64,000 nucleotides of DNA from Patescibacteria group bacterium (GCA_024239035.1 JANBVK010000001.1:42262-106261), one strand, 5' to 3'. Shown: positions 51,149-60,157, counted from the stretch's first letter. Notes: generated by a model not told the origin, from the letters alone. Numbers and translations: made by a program.

Positions 51149-54100
51149 TTATTTCCTCCAATACACCTTAAAATTCTCAATTTCAGAAACTAACTCTTTT
51201 GCCGATTGGCCGTTGTACTGAATAGCTCTATCATCCACATATACATATGCAATGGGTTTCCCTGGGTTCTTTCCCTGCAATTCCAGATTGTGATTGATAA
51301 AATCAAATGGAATTGAAAACTTTTTGCAGTATTTTTCTAAAAATTCATTCCCCCGTGTTGAATGAATCAAGATCCGGTATCCCCTCTCCCTTAATGTTTT
51401 GATTGTCTCTACTACCTCCTGTATTGGCTCTTTAATATCGTCCGGGGACACGAAACCGGTATATTTAGCGATTGTTCCGTCAAAATCAAAAGCAATAATT
51501 CTTTCTTTAGGCACAGGGTTAATTCTACTATAACAGTCAAACGAGTGAACCGATACATTAGGGATTCTTTGGAATATTTCTTTGACTTCTGATAAATTCT
51601 TCGCCTTATCATTGTCAACAACCAGTAAAATCCCGTGCGACGCGCCGAAACCGTATATGTATCGGCTCATACTGACATACGAGGGAGATCGATCTATTTT
51701 TGTACCTTTGAGATCAGTACTGGAGGTGAGTTTAGTTTCGACCACAATGGGGCCAACGAAACCATATCTAACAAGGAAGTCTACCTTTTTACCGTCAAGT
51801 AGTTCTACCTCTCTATCTACATCAACTTCAAAGCCACGTTTTAACATAATTTGTTCGATTTTCGATTTGAGAGTCTTCTGAATAAGCTTCTCGTACGCCT
51901 GCTGTTTCGCGTCGTAAACCTTTTCACCAAGTATGAGGTCGTACGCGCCCTCGCCCTCAATCCACCGCCTCAAGTCTGTTTCCAGAGCGTCTTGAAGCTG
52001 TCTAAATAGGTCTGTAGAGGTTAATATCTTCTTATCATCATACGCTCGGGCATCATTGTATTTCTTTATTGCTTCTGAAATATTACGGGGTTTGCCTAAA
52101 TAGCCTAGATAGGACCGCCGGAGGTTTATCATCCGACTGGCAAGCCAATTCGCTCCGTCTCGGTCTTTCATTTCGGCAATTTTTCTCTCAAGCTGCCGCA
52201 GGGGATCGTAAACACGTTCGTCCTTTAGATTATCAAAGTATGCGTACACTATGCTCCAAAGATACTCCGCATACGCCTGAAACTCCTTGCTCCGGGCGAA
52301 TACACCCATGGCTTCCTCCAATAATTTAAGGTAGTCTGGTTCATAGCCATGGTGTTTGAGATCCATGAGTGGCTTAGCAAAACTCTTGCTGTGCTCTATT
52401 TCTTCTTCAAGACTATTTACTTTGTGCATGCCTGGGAGTCGTATGAATGCTGCTGCCCTTTGAACCACTTCACGCAACCGCCACTTGATTGCCTCTGCGT
52501 CACCCTGGGAAGTAATGAGGAGCCCATTGGCAATGTAGGCAAGTTTTTTCTCGTCCTCATTTTTACTTTCCTTGTAGAGGTTGAATATTTCTTTAAGGAA
52601 GGTGGGGTCAGAAGAAAGCGTACCAACGACGGTGAGTGATTGCTCCCGAGTGTATCTGTCGAGAGCGGATTCTTTAATGAAACCTTTTAGAATAGGGATA
52701 GCTTCAACGACATGATATTGCTCTACTGCCTCCACGAAGCTAGAAGTCATATGTTGCCAGAGATCCGATTTTCTACTTTTGTACACCTTAAGCACTCCCT
52801 CCATTTCTCCGGGCTTTATATCTTTTACTAACTCAAAGATAGTTTTGAGTTCGTCGTTGTAAGCAAAGGGAATGAAATTGAGGATATTCTGCCGAAAAGG
52901 GGTTATATCAATTTCAAGATGCTTTGCGGTAACGAGAGCGTCACCGAACACGAACACTGAACTACTGGTCGTATAAGTCTTGGAGCCGTCGTGTTGCGCT
53001 GTGATGGTAAGATCGTGCTTTACGGGGTCAACGAATTTGAAAATCGTACCTGTGATGAGTTCGGCAAGACGCTTTTTCTCATCGGTCGACACGAGGGGTT
53101 CTAGGCACTTGATATTTTTATTGTAAAACTCAAATACGGAATTACTGAATTTCCCTGGATTAGGTTCCAAAAGTGTCCGAAATTGTTGCAGGAGCTTTTC
53201 ATTCTGCATTTCGGTATGCGTATCCGGTTTTGCGCGTGCCTCCTCCCACTGCTTATATTCCTCGGAGAGCAGGGACCGGCCAGCTTCGTATATCTCATTA
53301 GCCCCTTCTCTTTTCGAGAATTTCATCCTTGACATGACTGAAGCCGCGGAGTCTTTCTCTCCCATTGCAATCATTACTTCGATATAGCGCGGCACGTCTT
53401 CTTTCTCAATAACCTCCGCAAAAAATCTGTGCGCGAAATACAGACCAGTTTTGCCATCCTCGCTTTTCTTTATACGCTCGACCATTTCGGTGACGAAATT
53501 CGGGTCGCCCCTCCGCAGAAGTTTCCACAGACCAACGATAAACGTGGAGTGCTCCGCGTCATGTGCGATGTTGTAGTTTACGGAGCGCACCAGCGTCTCC
53601 TTGCACAGCTTTTTTATTTCGTCGTCAAGAACAGCTTCGATGTGTTCAACAAGTACGTGGTCTTCATCCTGGAATATCCGCGTATCGTTGATGAACTCGC
53701 GCCGGAAGTTCTCATCTACGTTGTACGTTTTTAAAAAGCTCTCTATCGAAGCTCTTTTCTTTAATGCGAAAATACCGTACCTACCGTGGAATTCGTTTCT
53801 CCTGATAGCCTCGAAAAAGTAACCAAGGGATTTTGGATTTTCAGGATTGAGCTCCACACACATATCGAGAAATTCCCTCCTTACAAGCTCGTCCGACTCC
53901 ATGAGATTGGGCAGTTCATCTATGACCGACGGATCACGCAGCCATGTGAGCGCCAGGAGCGCGTGCCGCTGCAGCACGCCGTTTTCGTTTTTGTCGCCCG
54001 CGTACTCGATGAGTTTGCCGCGCCAATATGACCGATCTAACGAGACACCCCGTCTAAACAGGTAAGCGATCACGTAGACGATGTTTCCGAGCGGCACGAA

Positions 54101-55504
54101 ACGAGCAGCATTTTTTTCTTTATCCGCTTTTGTGATTCCCGCTTTAAGTTTTCCCTCAAGCGTGTTGTCGAAAAAGCTTGGTAATGCTGAAGTGAGTTGG
54201 CCGGGCAACCATTGCAGAGTTCGCTGATGGTAATCCATAGCAAGTATAAATATCTGACGTCGGAGTTCCAATGGTACGTTGCGCGGATCTACCCTACTTA
54301 GAAACACCAAGAAACCCTCGTCGATAAGCTTGAATTGTGTGCCGCGCAGGCCCGAAAAATCAACAAGTTGTCCGAGTAAATCCGGCCGCATGTCTACCAA
54401 GAACGTCAGCGCGTTAAACCATGTTGGGTACATTTCTTTAGCGTCAGGGTCGATTGCAAAGCCAGCCGCCGCCCGGTTTGGATCGGGAAAGCGCGATATC
54501 TCTTTGGCGGCGAGATACTCTTGAAACTCCGTATTATCAAACTCGACCGTGTCCACATTATTTTTCAGCAGAGATTTATCGAAGAAAATTTCAAGTTCAA
54601 TTTGTGTGAGAGCCACAAGTTTTAGGTCAGATTTTATTTCGTCGAAAAAAGTCATAAGCTCATCCTTAGAGATTACATTTGTTTGGTATATCTCCATGGT
54701 GAGGGCGAGTTTTTCCAGCACACGCTTTATGATGGCACGTTTGTCAGCATTAAGTTTCTTATCTTCGAGTTCAAGCTTCGAGTAAATGAAATACTCGAAA
54801 AGTTTGTTGCGTGAGACCTCAGCAGCGGCTGGGATCCCTTTTTCCTCCAAGAATTTCTCCAGATATGAAAGGTATCGAGGTATCTGTATAACGAGCATTC
54901 TATGACTGAAAGGCATAATCCGACCCAGCAACGCGTCTATGTCGCTATCGGAATGTTTCGCTGCTCGTAGATACTCCCGTACCTGCCCTTGAGTGAATGG
55001 AGAAATAGTTATGAAACGGTAGTTGGGAAATGACGTGGCGTGTTGGTTAATAAAAATCCACCGAGAGGACAAAAATATAGGTAGGTTGGGATACCTAGTG
55101 GAAACCTCCTCGATTTTTTGCAGAACCGCTGGAAACAAGCTTGACTGAACCTCGTCCAGAGCATCTAGTAAGAGCGCTTTTGGTGCTTCAGTTTCAGTCG
55201 TCACAAAAATGTCAATGCGATCCATGGCGTTTGGTTGTCGAAGACCAACCAGCTCCGTCACACACCCATCCGTATCAAGTTGATCCTTTATCTTGCCGAG
55301 AAGCATAGATTTGCCAACGCCCGGTTCTCCCACAATTAGAGTACGCTGGCCTTTAATAATATCTACAATTCCAAGGCGTTCCTCGTCGTCAAAAATTGAG
55401 ACTCCTTGGAATTTATCGTAAAACTCCTTAGCCTCGGCGAATATCGAGTAGATCTTTGTGATAGGGATGATGTATTTATCAGCACTATTAATTTTTGTAG
55501 TCAT
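51149..55504 (-). CDS. 1451-aa NACHT/STAND-type NTPase fused to C-terminal PD-(D/E)xK nuclease-like and HAD phosphatase-like modules
   Basis: Walker A GEPGVGKS; Walker B LLLDALDEV; FLSSR (TSR-like); about 900-aa helical repeat region; VDFLV...VVETK (D..E-x-K); IIAFDFDGT / ILIHST / GKP...YVYVDDRA (HAD motifs I-IV). Confidence 0.8.
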   Translation of the reverse strand: MTTKINSADKYIIPITKIYSIFAEAKEFYDKFQGVSIFDDEERLGIVDIIKGQRTLIVGEPGVGKSMLLGKIKDQLDTDGCVTELVGLRQPNAMDRIDIFVTTETEAPKALLLDALDEVQSSLFPAVLQKIEEVSTRYPNLPIFLSSRWIFINQHATSFPNYRFITISPFTQGQVREYLRAAKHSDSDIDALLGRIMPFSHRMLVIQIPRYLSYLEKFLEEKGIPAAAEVSRNKLFEYFIYSKLELEDKKLNADKRAIIKRVLEKLALTMEIYQTNVISKDELMTFFDEIKSDLKLVALTQIELEIFFDKSLLKNNVDTVEFDNTEFQEYLAAKEISRFPDPNRAAAGFAIDPDAKEMYPTWFNALTFLVDMRPDLLGQLVDFSGLRGTQFKLIDEGFLVFLSRVDPRNVPLELRRQIFILAMDYHQRTLQWLPGQLTSALPSFFDNTLEGKLKAGITKADKEKNAARFVPLGNIVYVIAYLFRRGVSLDRSYWRGKLIEYAGDKNENGVLQRHALLALTWLRDPSVIDELPNLMESDELVRREFLDMCVELNPENPKSLGYFFEAIRRNEFHGRYGIFALKKRASIESFLKTYNVDENFRREFINDTRIFQDEDHVLVEHIEAVLDDEIKKLCKETLVRSVNYNIAHDAEHSTFIVGLWKLLRRGDPNFVTEMVERIKKSEDGKTGLYFAHRFFAEVIEKEDVPRYIEVMIAMGEKDSAASVMSRMKFSKREGANEIYEAGRSLLSEEYKQWEEARAKPDTHTEMQNEKLLQQFRTLLEPNPGKFSNSVFEFYNKNIKCLEPLVSTDEKKRLAELITGTIFKFVDPVKHDLTITAQHDGSKTYTTSSSVFVFGDALVTAKHLEIDITPFRQNILNFIPFAYNDELKTIFELVKDIKPGEMEGVLKVYKSRKSDLWQHMTSSFVEAVEQYHVVEAIPILKGFIKESALDRYTREQSLTVVGTLSSDPTFLKEIFNLYKESKNEDEKKLAYIANGLLITSQGDAEAIKWRLREVVQRAAAFIRLPGMHKVNSLEEEIEHSKSFAKPLMDLKHHGYEPDYLKLLEEAMGVFARSKEFQAYAEYLWSIVYAYFDNLKDERVYDPLRQLERKIAEMKDRDGANWLASRMINLRRSYLGYLGKPRNISEAIKKYNDARAYDDKKILTSTDLFRQLQDALETDLRRWIEGEGAYDLILGEKVYDAKQQAYEKLIQKTLKSKIEQIMLKRGFEVDVDREVELLDGKKVDFLVRYGFVGPIVVETKLTSSTDLKGTKIDRSPSYVSMSRYIYGFGASHGILLVVDNDKAKNLSEVKEIFQRIPNVSVHSFDCYSRINPVPKERIIAFDFDGTIAKYTGFVSPDDIKEPIQEVVETIKTLRERGYRILIHSTRGNEFLEKYCKKFSIPFDFINHNLELQGKNPGKPIAYVYVDDRAIQYNGQSAKELVSEIENFKVYWRK

Positions 55505-55615
55505 ATTTTTACTTCATTAATCCTCCAATCCCCCACTCTAGAACACTATAAATACAAAAATATCCCGCTACAAGAGCGGGATATCAAACCATCCTAACCT
55601 CCTCGCCATAATCCC

Positions 55616-55654
55616 GAAATACGTATTTTAATACGTATTTAAATACGTACTTTT
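55616..55654. promoter_or_regulatory. three tandem AATACGTATT palindromes (12-13 bp period)
   Basis: aaatacgtatttt aatacgtattta aatacgtactttt, read directly, upstream of the STAND gene. Confidence 0.5.
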
Positions 55655-55689
55655 ATTATACCTTTCCAACCCCTCAACAAACCAGAGAA

Positions 55690-55800
55690 TGATATGACGC
55701 GTCATATCACCTCTTCCACCACTCTCCAGAAACAGTATGACATGTCATACTGTTCATCTTCACAACAAATAGGGGTGTGATGACATGTCATCACACCCCT
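55690..55800. promoter_or_regulatory. three perfect palindromes (20, 24, 30 bp) sharing core ATGAC-NN-GTCAT with centres 43 bp apart
   Basis: tgatatgacgcgtcatatca (55690-55709); aacagtatgacatgtcatactgtt (55731-55754); aggggtgtgatgacatgtcatcacacccct (55771-55800). Confidence 0.6.
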
Positions 55801-56062
55801 TTAAACCAACCATTCGCTAACCCACTACAAGAGCGGGTTATTTTTATTAATACTGGGCAGGGAAATCGAACAAAATAATTTGACTAGCAAATTATTTTTT
55901 TAAAACCCTCGGTTTTAAATCCGTTGCACTCATTCCTACACAGGGGAACCTCGAACTTTCCCCCGACCCCCTGCCTACCGGCAGGCAGGCCTTTCGTGTT
56001 CGAATCATTGCTGCCGGGTACTTCAACTCACTGCGCTCGCTCAGCACGGGCAGGGATTCTCA

Positions 56063-56305
56063 CTACTCTCTTTTAACTAAATCTAACTTCTTTTCTCTGC
56101 GCCAACCTTTTATCTGTGCCTCACGTTTTAATGCCTCATTCTTCGTCTTGAATGTTTCTGTGTAAATAATCTTTTCTACTTTATGCGATGCAGTATAGTG
56201 ACCACCAATCTTGTCTTTGTGTTCCTTAAGTCTCCGTTCAATATCATTCGTGATACCGGTATATAAGCTAGCGTCTTCACATTGAACAATGTAGACATAG
56301 TACAT
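56063..56305 (-). CDS. GIY-YIG nuclease family small protein (UPF0213-like)
   Basis: MYYVYIVQCEDASLYTGITNDIERRLKEH (GIY..YIG with R and E); 80 aa. Confidence 0.75.
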   Translation of the reverse strand: MYYVYIVQCEDASLYTGITNDIERRLKEHKDKIGGHYTASHKVEKIIYTETFKTKNEALKREAQIKGWRREKKLDLVKRE

Positions 56306-56410
56306 AATTTGAAAGAGGTCCTTCGGCTTCGCTCAGGACACTTCGCCTCGCGTTATTGTTGAAGATGGCTTGCACTGAGCGAGCCCTTTATTTAAGGGCG
56401 AGTCGAAGTG

Positions 56411-56481
56411 CTGCCGGGCAGGGATTCGAACCCCGATACCCAGGACCAAAACCTGGTGTCCTACCGTTAGACGACCCGGCA
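56411..56481 (-). tRNA. tRNA-Gln (anticodon TTG), no encoded CCA
   Basis: Minus-strand cloverleaf TGCCGGG...CCAGG-TTTTGGT-CCTGG...GGTTCGAATCCC...CCCGGCA; U1:A72 typical of bacterial tRNA-Gln. Confidence 0.75.
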
Positions 56482-56496
56482 AATACAAAAAACCTA

Positions 56497-56536
56497 TTTT
56501 AAAATTCTGACACAAATCCCCGTTTCTAGCAATTTT
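56497..56536. repeat. 40-bp conserved element tttaaaattctgacacaaatccccgtttctagcaatttt (copy 1), immediately upstream of tRNA-Gln
   Basis: 37/40 identical to 59491-59530, which lies upstream of purB. Confidence 0.7.
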
Positions 56537-56612
56537 TACAGCCACCCCACAACGTCTCCCAACAAACGTCCTGACGCCTATCAGGATATTTTTTTGTGCT
56601 AAAATATACAAT

Positions 56613-57248
56613 GTGAAATTATATTTTGTTCGTCACGGAGAAACACAAACCAATAAAAAGGAAACCATTAGTGCGGCGGACGATAAACTTACATCGCTTG
56701 GCGTCAAACAAGCAGAAATTCTTGCAAAAAGATTCTCTAATATTACCGTTGATCTAGTACTGGCAAGTCCCTATCTTCGTGCTCAGAAAACAGCGGAAAT
56801 AATAAATACTACTCTTAAAAAGGAGATTGTCTCAACCAAGCTCTTAAAAGAAAGGAAATGGCCTAAAGAAATTGAGGGTGAACCACTTCAAGATCCCAGT
56901 GTAACAAAGTTATTAAACTTAGTAAGAGATAAGAGCTTAATCAACCCAAAGTGGCATTATAGTGACGAAGAAAACTTTTTCGATACAAAAGAAAGAGCAC
57001 GGCTATTTTTGGATTATCTTAATAAATTTTCTGAAAAATACATTCTTGCTGTTGCGCATGAATATATTTTAAAAGTAATTCTAGCCGTAATGATGCACGG
57101 TGAGAGTTTGTCTTATGAAATTTTTAGAAATTTCTTCCTTTTCACAAAATTAGATAATACCTCCCTAACGATCTGTGAAAAAAAGGAAAATGATCGCTGG
57201 AGACTTATCGTTCTGAACGATATCATGCACCTTGGAGAGATAAAATAG
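56613..57248 (+). CDS. histidine phosphatase family protein (phosphoglycerate mutase-like)
   Basis: LYFVRHGETQTN RHG catalytic motif; AHEYIL second His region. Confidence 0.75.
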   Translation: MKLYFVRHGETQTNKKETISAADDKLTSLGVKQAEILAKRFSNITVDLVLASPYLRAQKTAEIINTTLKKEIVSTKLLKERKWPKEIEGEPLQDPSVTKLLNLVRDKSLINPKWHYSDEENFFDTKERARLFLDYLNKFSEKYILAVAHEYILKVILAVMMHGESLSYEIFRNFFLFTKLDNTSLTICEKKENDRWRLIVLNDIMHLGEIK

Positions 57249-57344
57249 AAGTATCCCGGCTTTACACCGCTCCAACAAACATCCTACCTTGACCTTCCGG
57301 AAAAAATAAGATATTAATAAAATAGATTCTTTTCGGAGGTTATA

Positions 57345-57809
57345 ATGACTGTGATTGAACTCACAGCGCTCATTGAGGTGCCCTGCCTCAATTGCGGGAA
57401 GCCGGTAGCCGCGGCAGTCACAGGACGAGACGAATGCATAGAGCTTGACGAGAAAAGTTTAGTTGTTTACAACCGAACTTTCCCAGACAGCACCGGGTTC
57501 GTAGGCATATGCTCTTCTTGTTTATCCCAACTCTCTATCCCCCGATACATCTCGGGGATCGCATACTACTCATGCGGCGGGAAAGTTAACGGACAACACT
57601 GCCCCAACACGATCCTCTGCCTTGTCTCGGCTTTTGGAGATCAAAAAGTCTTTGGGGGAAGAGCTGTTTTCGAACCCAAAAGCGAGCGGTGGCTTTACGA
57701 CGTGTCTGAAACGAAATGCAACTCCTGCCTCAAAGCATTGCGGCCACTCGCACAACTCAAGCGGTTCGTCCAGCAGTTTATATCTGCTCTGCATGAACCC
57801 ACAGTTTAG
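57345..57809 (+). CDS. Cys-rich hypothetical protein
   Basis: CLNCGK...CSSC...CGG...CPN...CNSC cysteine pattern; GC-rich. Confidence 0.35.
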   Translation: MTVIELTALIEVPCLNCGKPVAAAVTGRDECIELDEKSLVVYNRTFPDSTGFVGICSSCLSQLSIPRYISGIAYYSCGGKVNGQHCPNTILCLVSAFGDQKVFGGRAVFEPKSERWLYDVSETKCNSCLKALRPLAQLKRFVQQFISALHEPTV

Positions 57810-57859
57810 AACGCCCAAAGCATAAAAAGTGCTACGGGCGTTCTTTCATTTTCCCACAT

Positions 57860-57893
57860 CCTCACTTCATCCACATACGTGGGACTAGTGAGG
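57860..57893. repeat. copy C of the CCACATA..GTGG palindrome family (cctcacttcatccacatacgtgggactagtgagg)
   Basis: Shares cttcacttcatccacata arm with 19112-19145. Confidence 0.55.
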
Positions 57894-57984
57894 ACGCCTT
57901 TTCCTGCCTGATCCTCCTTTTAAATAAAAAGAGCCCCGCGCTTTGCGCAGGGCTCACGATGACGTGTTATATTGAAACTTTTTC

Positions 57985-59412
57985 TTACACGCCAAGATAC
58001 TGTTCCGCACGGCTAGCAACTGCTAGCGCCTGTTCTTTCGCGTCGCCCGTGTATCGTTCAGGATGGCGCAGTAATTCAATGACGTCGCGAGGAATGCGAT
58101 CAAGAGCTTGAGTAATTACCCCATCATCGCTCCCGGCACATTCAGCAAGCACTTCGATGAAAGACCGACCGCTCGATCTGACTTTTGGTACAAGCTTCCA
58201 GTTGACCAGCTCGTGGGCATCGCCCTCGTAACCGGCCATCTGAAGAGCAATGTAGAGCGGCTCGGCTAAAATCACATTGGCACTCATCGCAAGATTTCGC
58301 TCTAGCGCTTCCCCGTCCACCGTAATTCGGGCAAGCCACGGCGTCCCGCTCTTGTCACACCGCAACAGTGTATCAAGCTGCTGCTGAAGATTTACCACAA
58401 TGATTGGGAAATCCCGGGAAACGGAACTCCCTACCAAATCGCGCTGGTGTTCACTGATGAGCGTCTGCTGTACCTTGAAAAACTCGGCGAGATTCCTGGT
58501 GAACATACCCTCAAGATTTTCAAAGTTAATTGGGTTGCGCTTGTGGGCCATGGTTGATGAACCGACCTGCCCCGACTCAAACGCTTCCGCAATCTCACCG
58601 ATCTCACTGCGCATGAGATGCCGACCATCCCTGCCAAACTGAGCAAAAGCCGCCGACATCATCACGCAGGAGAAAAGATAATAAGCGAGCCCCTCCGGCG
58701 GCAAAATCTGAGTACTGATCATAGCCGGTTTGAGACCAAGTTTTGCAAGCACGCGCTCTTCAAAACTCTTATCGCAGCAGCAGTCCGTAAATTGCAAACC
58801 GTACTGCGCGTTGTGGGCTCCAACCGCACCGGAGATTTTACCTTCCAGAAGTGACGCATACCTGTCCATCTCCTGCGCGTTGCGCAGGATTCGGTCAAGA
58901 ATTGTCGCGAGCCAAAAACCGACGGTGACCGGAAGGGCATGCTGGCCGTGAGTTCTGCCAATCTGCGCAACGTCGGCAAAACGCCGCACCATATCAATAA
59001 AAATAGAAACCACTTCTTTCACTGACGGCTTGATGACATCGTTGTGCGCGCGAACAAACTGTAGAACGCGGCCGGTTGAAATCGGATCATAGCTTGTGAG
59101 CGGGACATGAAGCCACCGACCCAACTTCGGATCCAGAATTTCCTGAGCGCGCCGCACCCATGCGCGAATGTCATGTTTTGTAATCTCGCGTTCAATCCTA
59201 TCAACCTCCGTAGTCGGAATCGCAAGAATTAAATCGCGTTTCTCCGGCGTGAGCAGAGCCATCTCATCGTCTGGGATAACACCAATCTCACCCAAGACCT
59301 CAAGCGTTGCAAGTTCAACCTCTGCTACGGTCTGGTAGAGACGGTCATAGCCAAATACCGGTTCGAGCTTCTGAGGCTGGTATCGGGGATTCCCCGGGAG
59401 AGCAGTATTCAC
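57985..59412 (-). CDS. purB: adenylosuccinate lyase (fumarate-lyase family)
   Basis: GSSTMAHKRNP lyase signature; N-terminal NPRYQP...LEVLGEIGVIP typical of PurB; GC-rich. Confidence 0.75.
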   Translation of the reverse strand: MNTALPGNPRYQPQKLEPVFGYDRLYQTVAEVELATLEVLGEIGVIPDDEMALLTPEKRDLILAIPTTEVDRIEREITKHDIRAWVRRAQEILDPKLGRWLHVPLTSYDPISTGRVLQFVRAHNDVIKPSVKEVVSIFIDMVRRFADVAQIGRTHGQHALPVTVGFWLATILDRILRNAQEMDRYASLLEGKISGAVGAHNAQYGLQFTDCCCDKSFEERVLAKLGLKPAMISTQILPPEGLAYYLFSCVMMSAAFAQFGRDGRHLMRSEIGEIAEAFESGQVGSSTMAHKRNPINFENLEGMFTRNLAEFFKVQQTLISEHQRDLVGSSVSRDFPIIVVNLQQQLDTLLRCDKSGTPWLARITVDGEALERNLAMSANVILAEPLYIALQMAGYEGDAHELVNWKLVPKVRSSGRSFIEVLAECAGSDDGVITQALDRIPRDVIELLRHPERYTGDAKEQALAVASRAEQYLGV

Positions 59413-59490
59413 GGATTCCTCCTGTTGTGCGAAATTAAGTTAAAGAGCAAAGAAAAAGGGCTTATAAAAAGCTATCACGTTTTTCAATAA

Positions 59491-59530
59491 TTTCAAAATT
59501 CTGACACAAATCCCTTTTTCTAGCAATTTT
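59491..59530. repeat. 40-bp conserved element (copy 2), upstream of purB
   Basis: See copy 1 at 56497-56536. Confidence 0.7.
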
Positions 59531-59653
59531 ATGCAATAAAAACCTAACGGCTCAACGAGGATTATCGTTGAGCCGTTCAGATTACCATCCCCCACATCTT
59601 CGCTTTGAAACTATAAATTTCAGACCGACCCACAAAAGCTTTATACTGTTAAG

Positions 59654-60157
59654 ATGGACGAACTAAAATTAATATACGACGAAGACCAGAAAGACAGGAA
59701 AGAAAAATTGTGGGAAAGAGATAGTAAATTGTTTGTAAAAAGAGACAAGATCAGACTAGAAAGAATTCTACAACTAATTAAAGAGAACAAACTCCGCTCT
59801 CCAGCGGATTACCTTCATGCGGCAATGATTCTCCAACACGGCAAAGAAACTAAACATTATGAACTCGCTCATGAATTTGCAAAAAGAGCCGCGGATAAAG
59901 GTTACACGCCACAAAAAGGAGAGGTGGATCCTTTATGGCTTTCCGCCGCCGCAAAAGATAGAGCACTCATGTCACAAGGGAAACCCCAACTCTATGGCAC
60001 CCAATTTAGAAAAAAATCACCAGATGGACCTTGGCATCTCTATGAGGTTGATCCGACCGTGACGGACGAAGAACGTGCTAAACTTCACGTCCCTCCTCTC
60101 ATAACAGCAAAAAAATGGACTGAAGAATCAAACAAATCAGAAAATGAGAAAAAATAA
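59654..60157 (+). CDS. hypothetical protein
   Basis: 167-aa charged ORF, no motif recognised. Confidence 0.35.
   Translation: MDELKLIYDEDQKDRKEKLWERDSKLFVKRDKIRLERILQLIKENKLRSPADYLHAAMILQHGKETKHYELAHEFAKRAADKGYTPQKGEVDPLWLSAAAKDRALMSQGKPQLYGTQFRKKSPDGPWHLYEVDPTVTDEERAKLHVPPLITAKKWTEESNKSENEKK

Noticed and set aside
55921-56020. Possible second tRNA or tmRNA-like gene (GTTCGAATC and GGTTCC-like motifs)
   Set aside because: No complete cloverleaf could be folded on either strand. It is better explained as degenerate copies of the tRNA-Gln 3' end.
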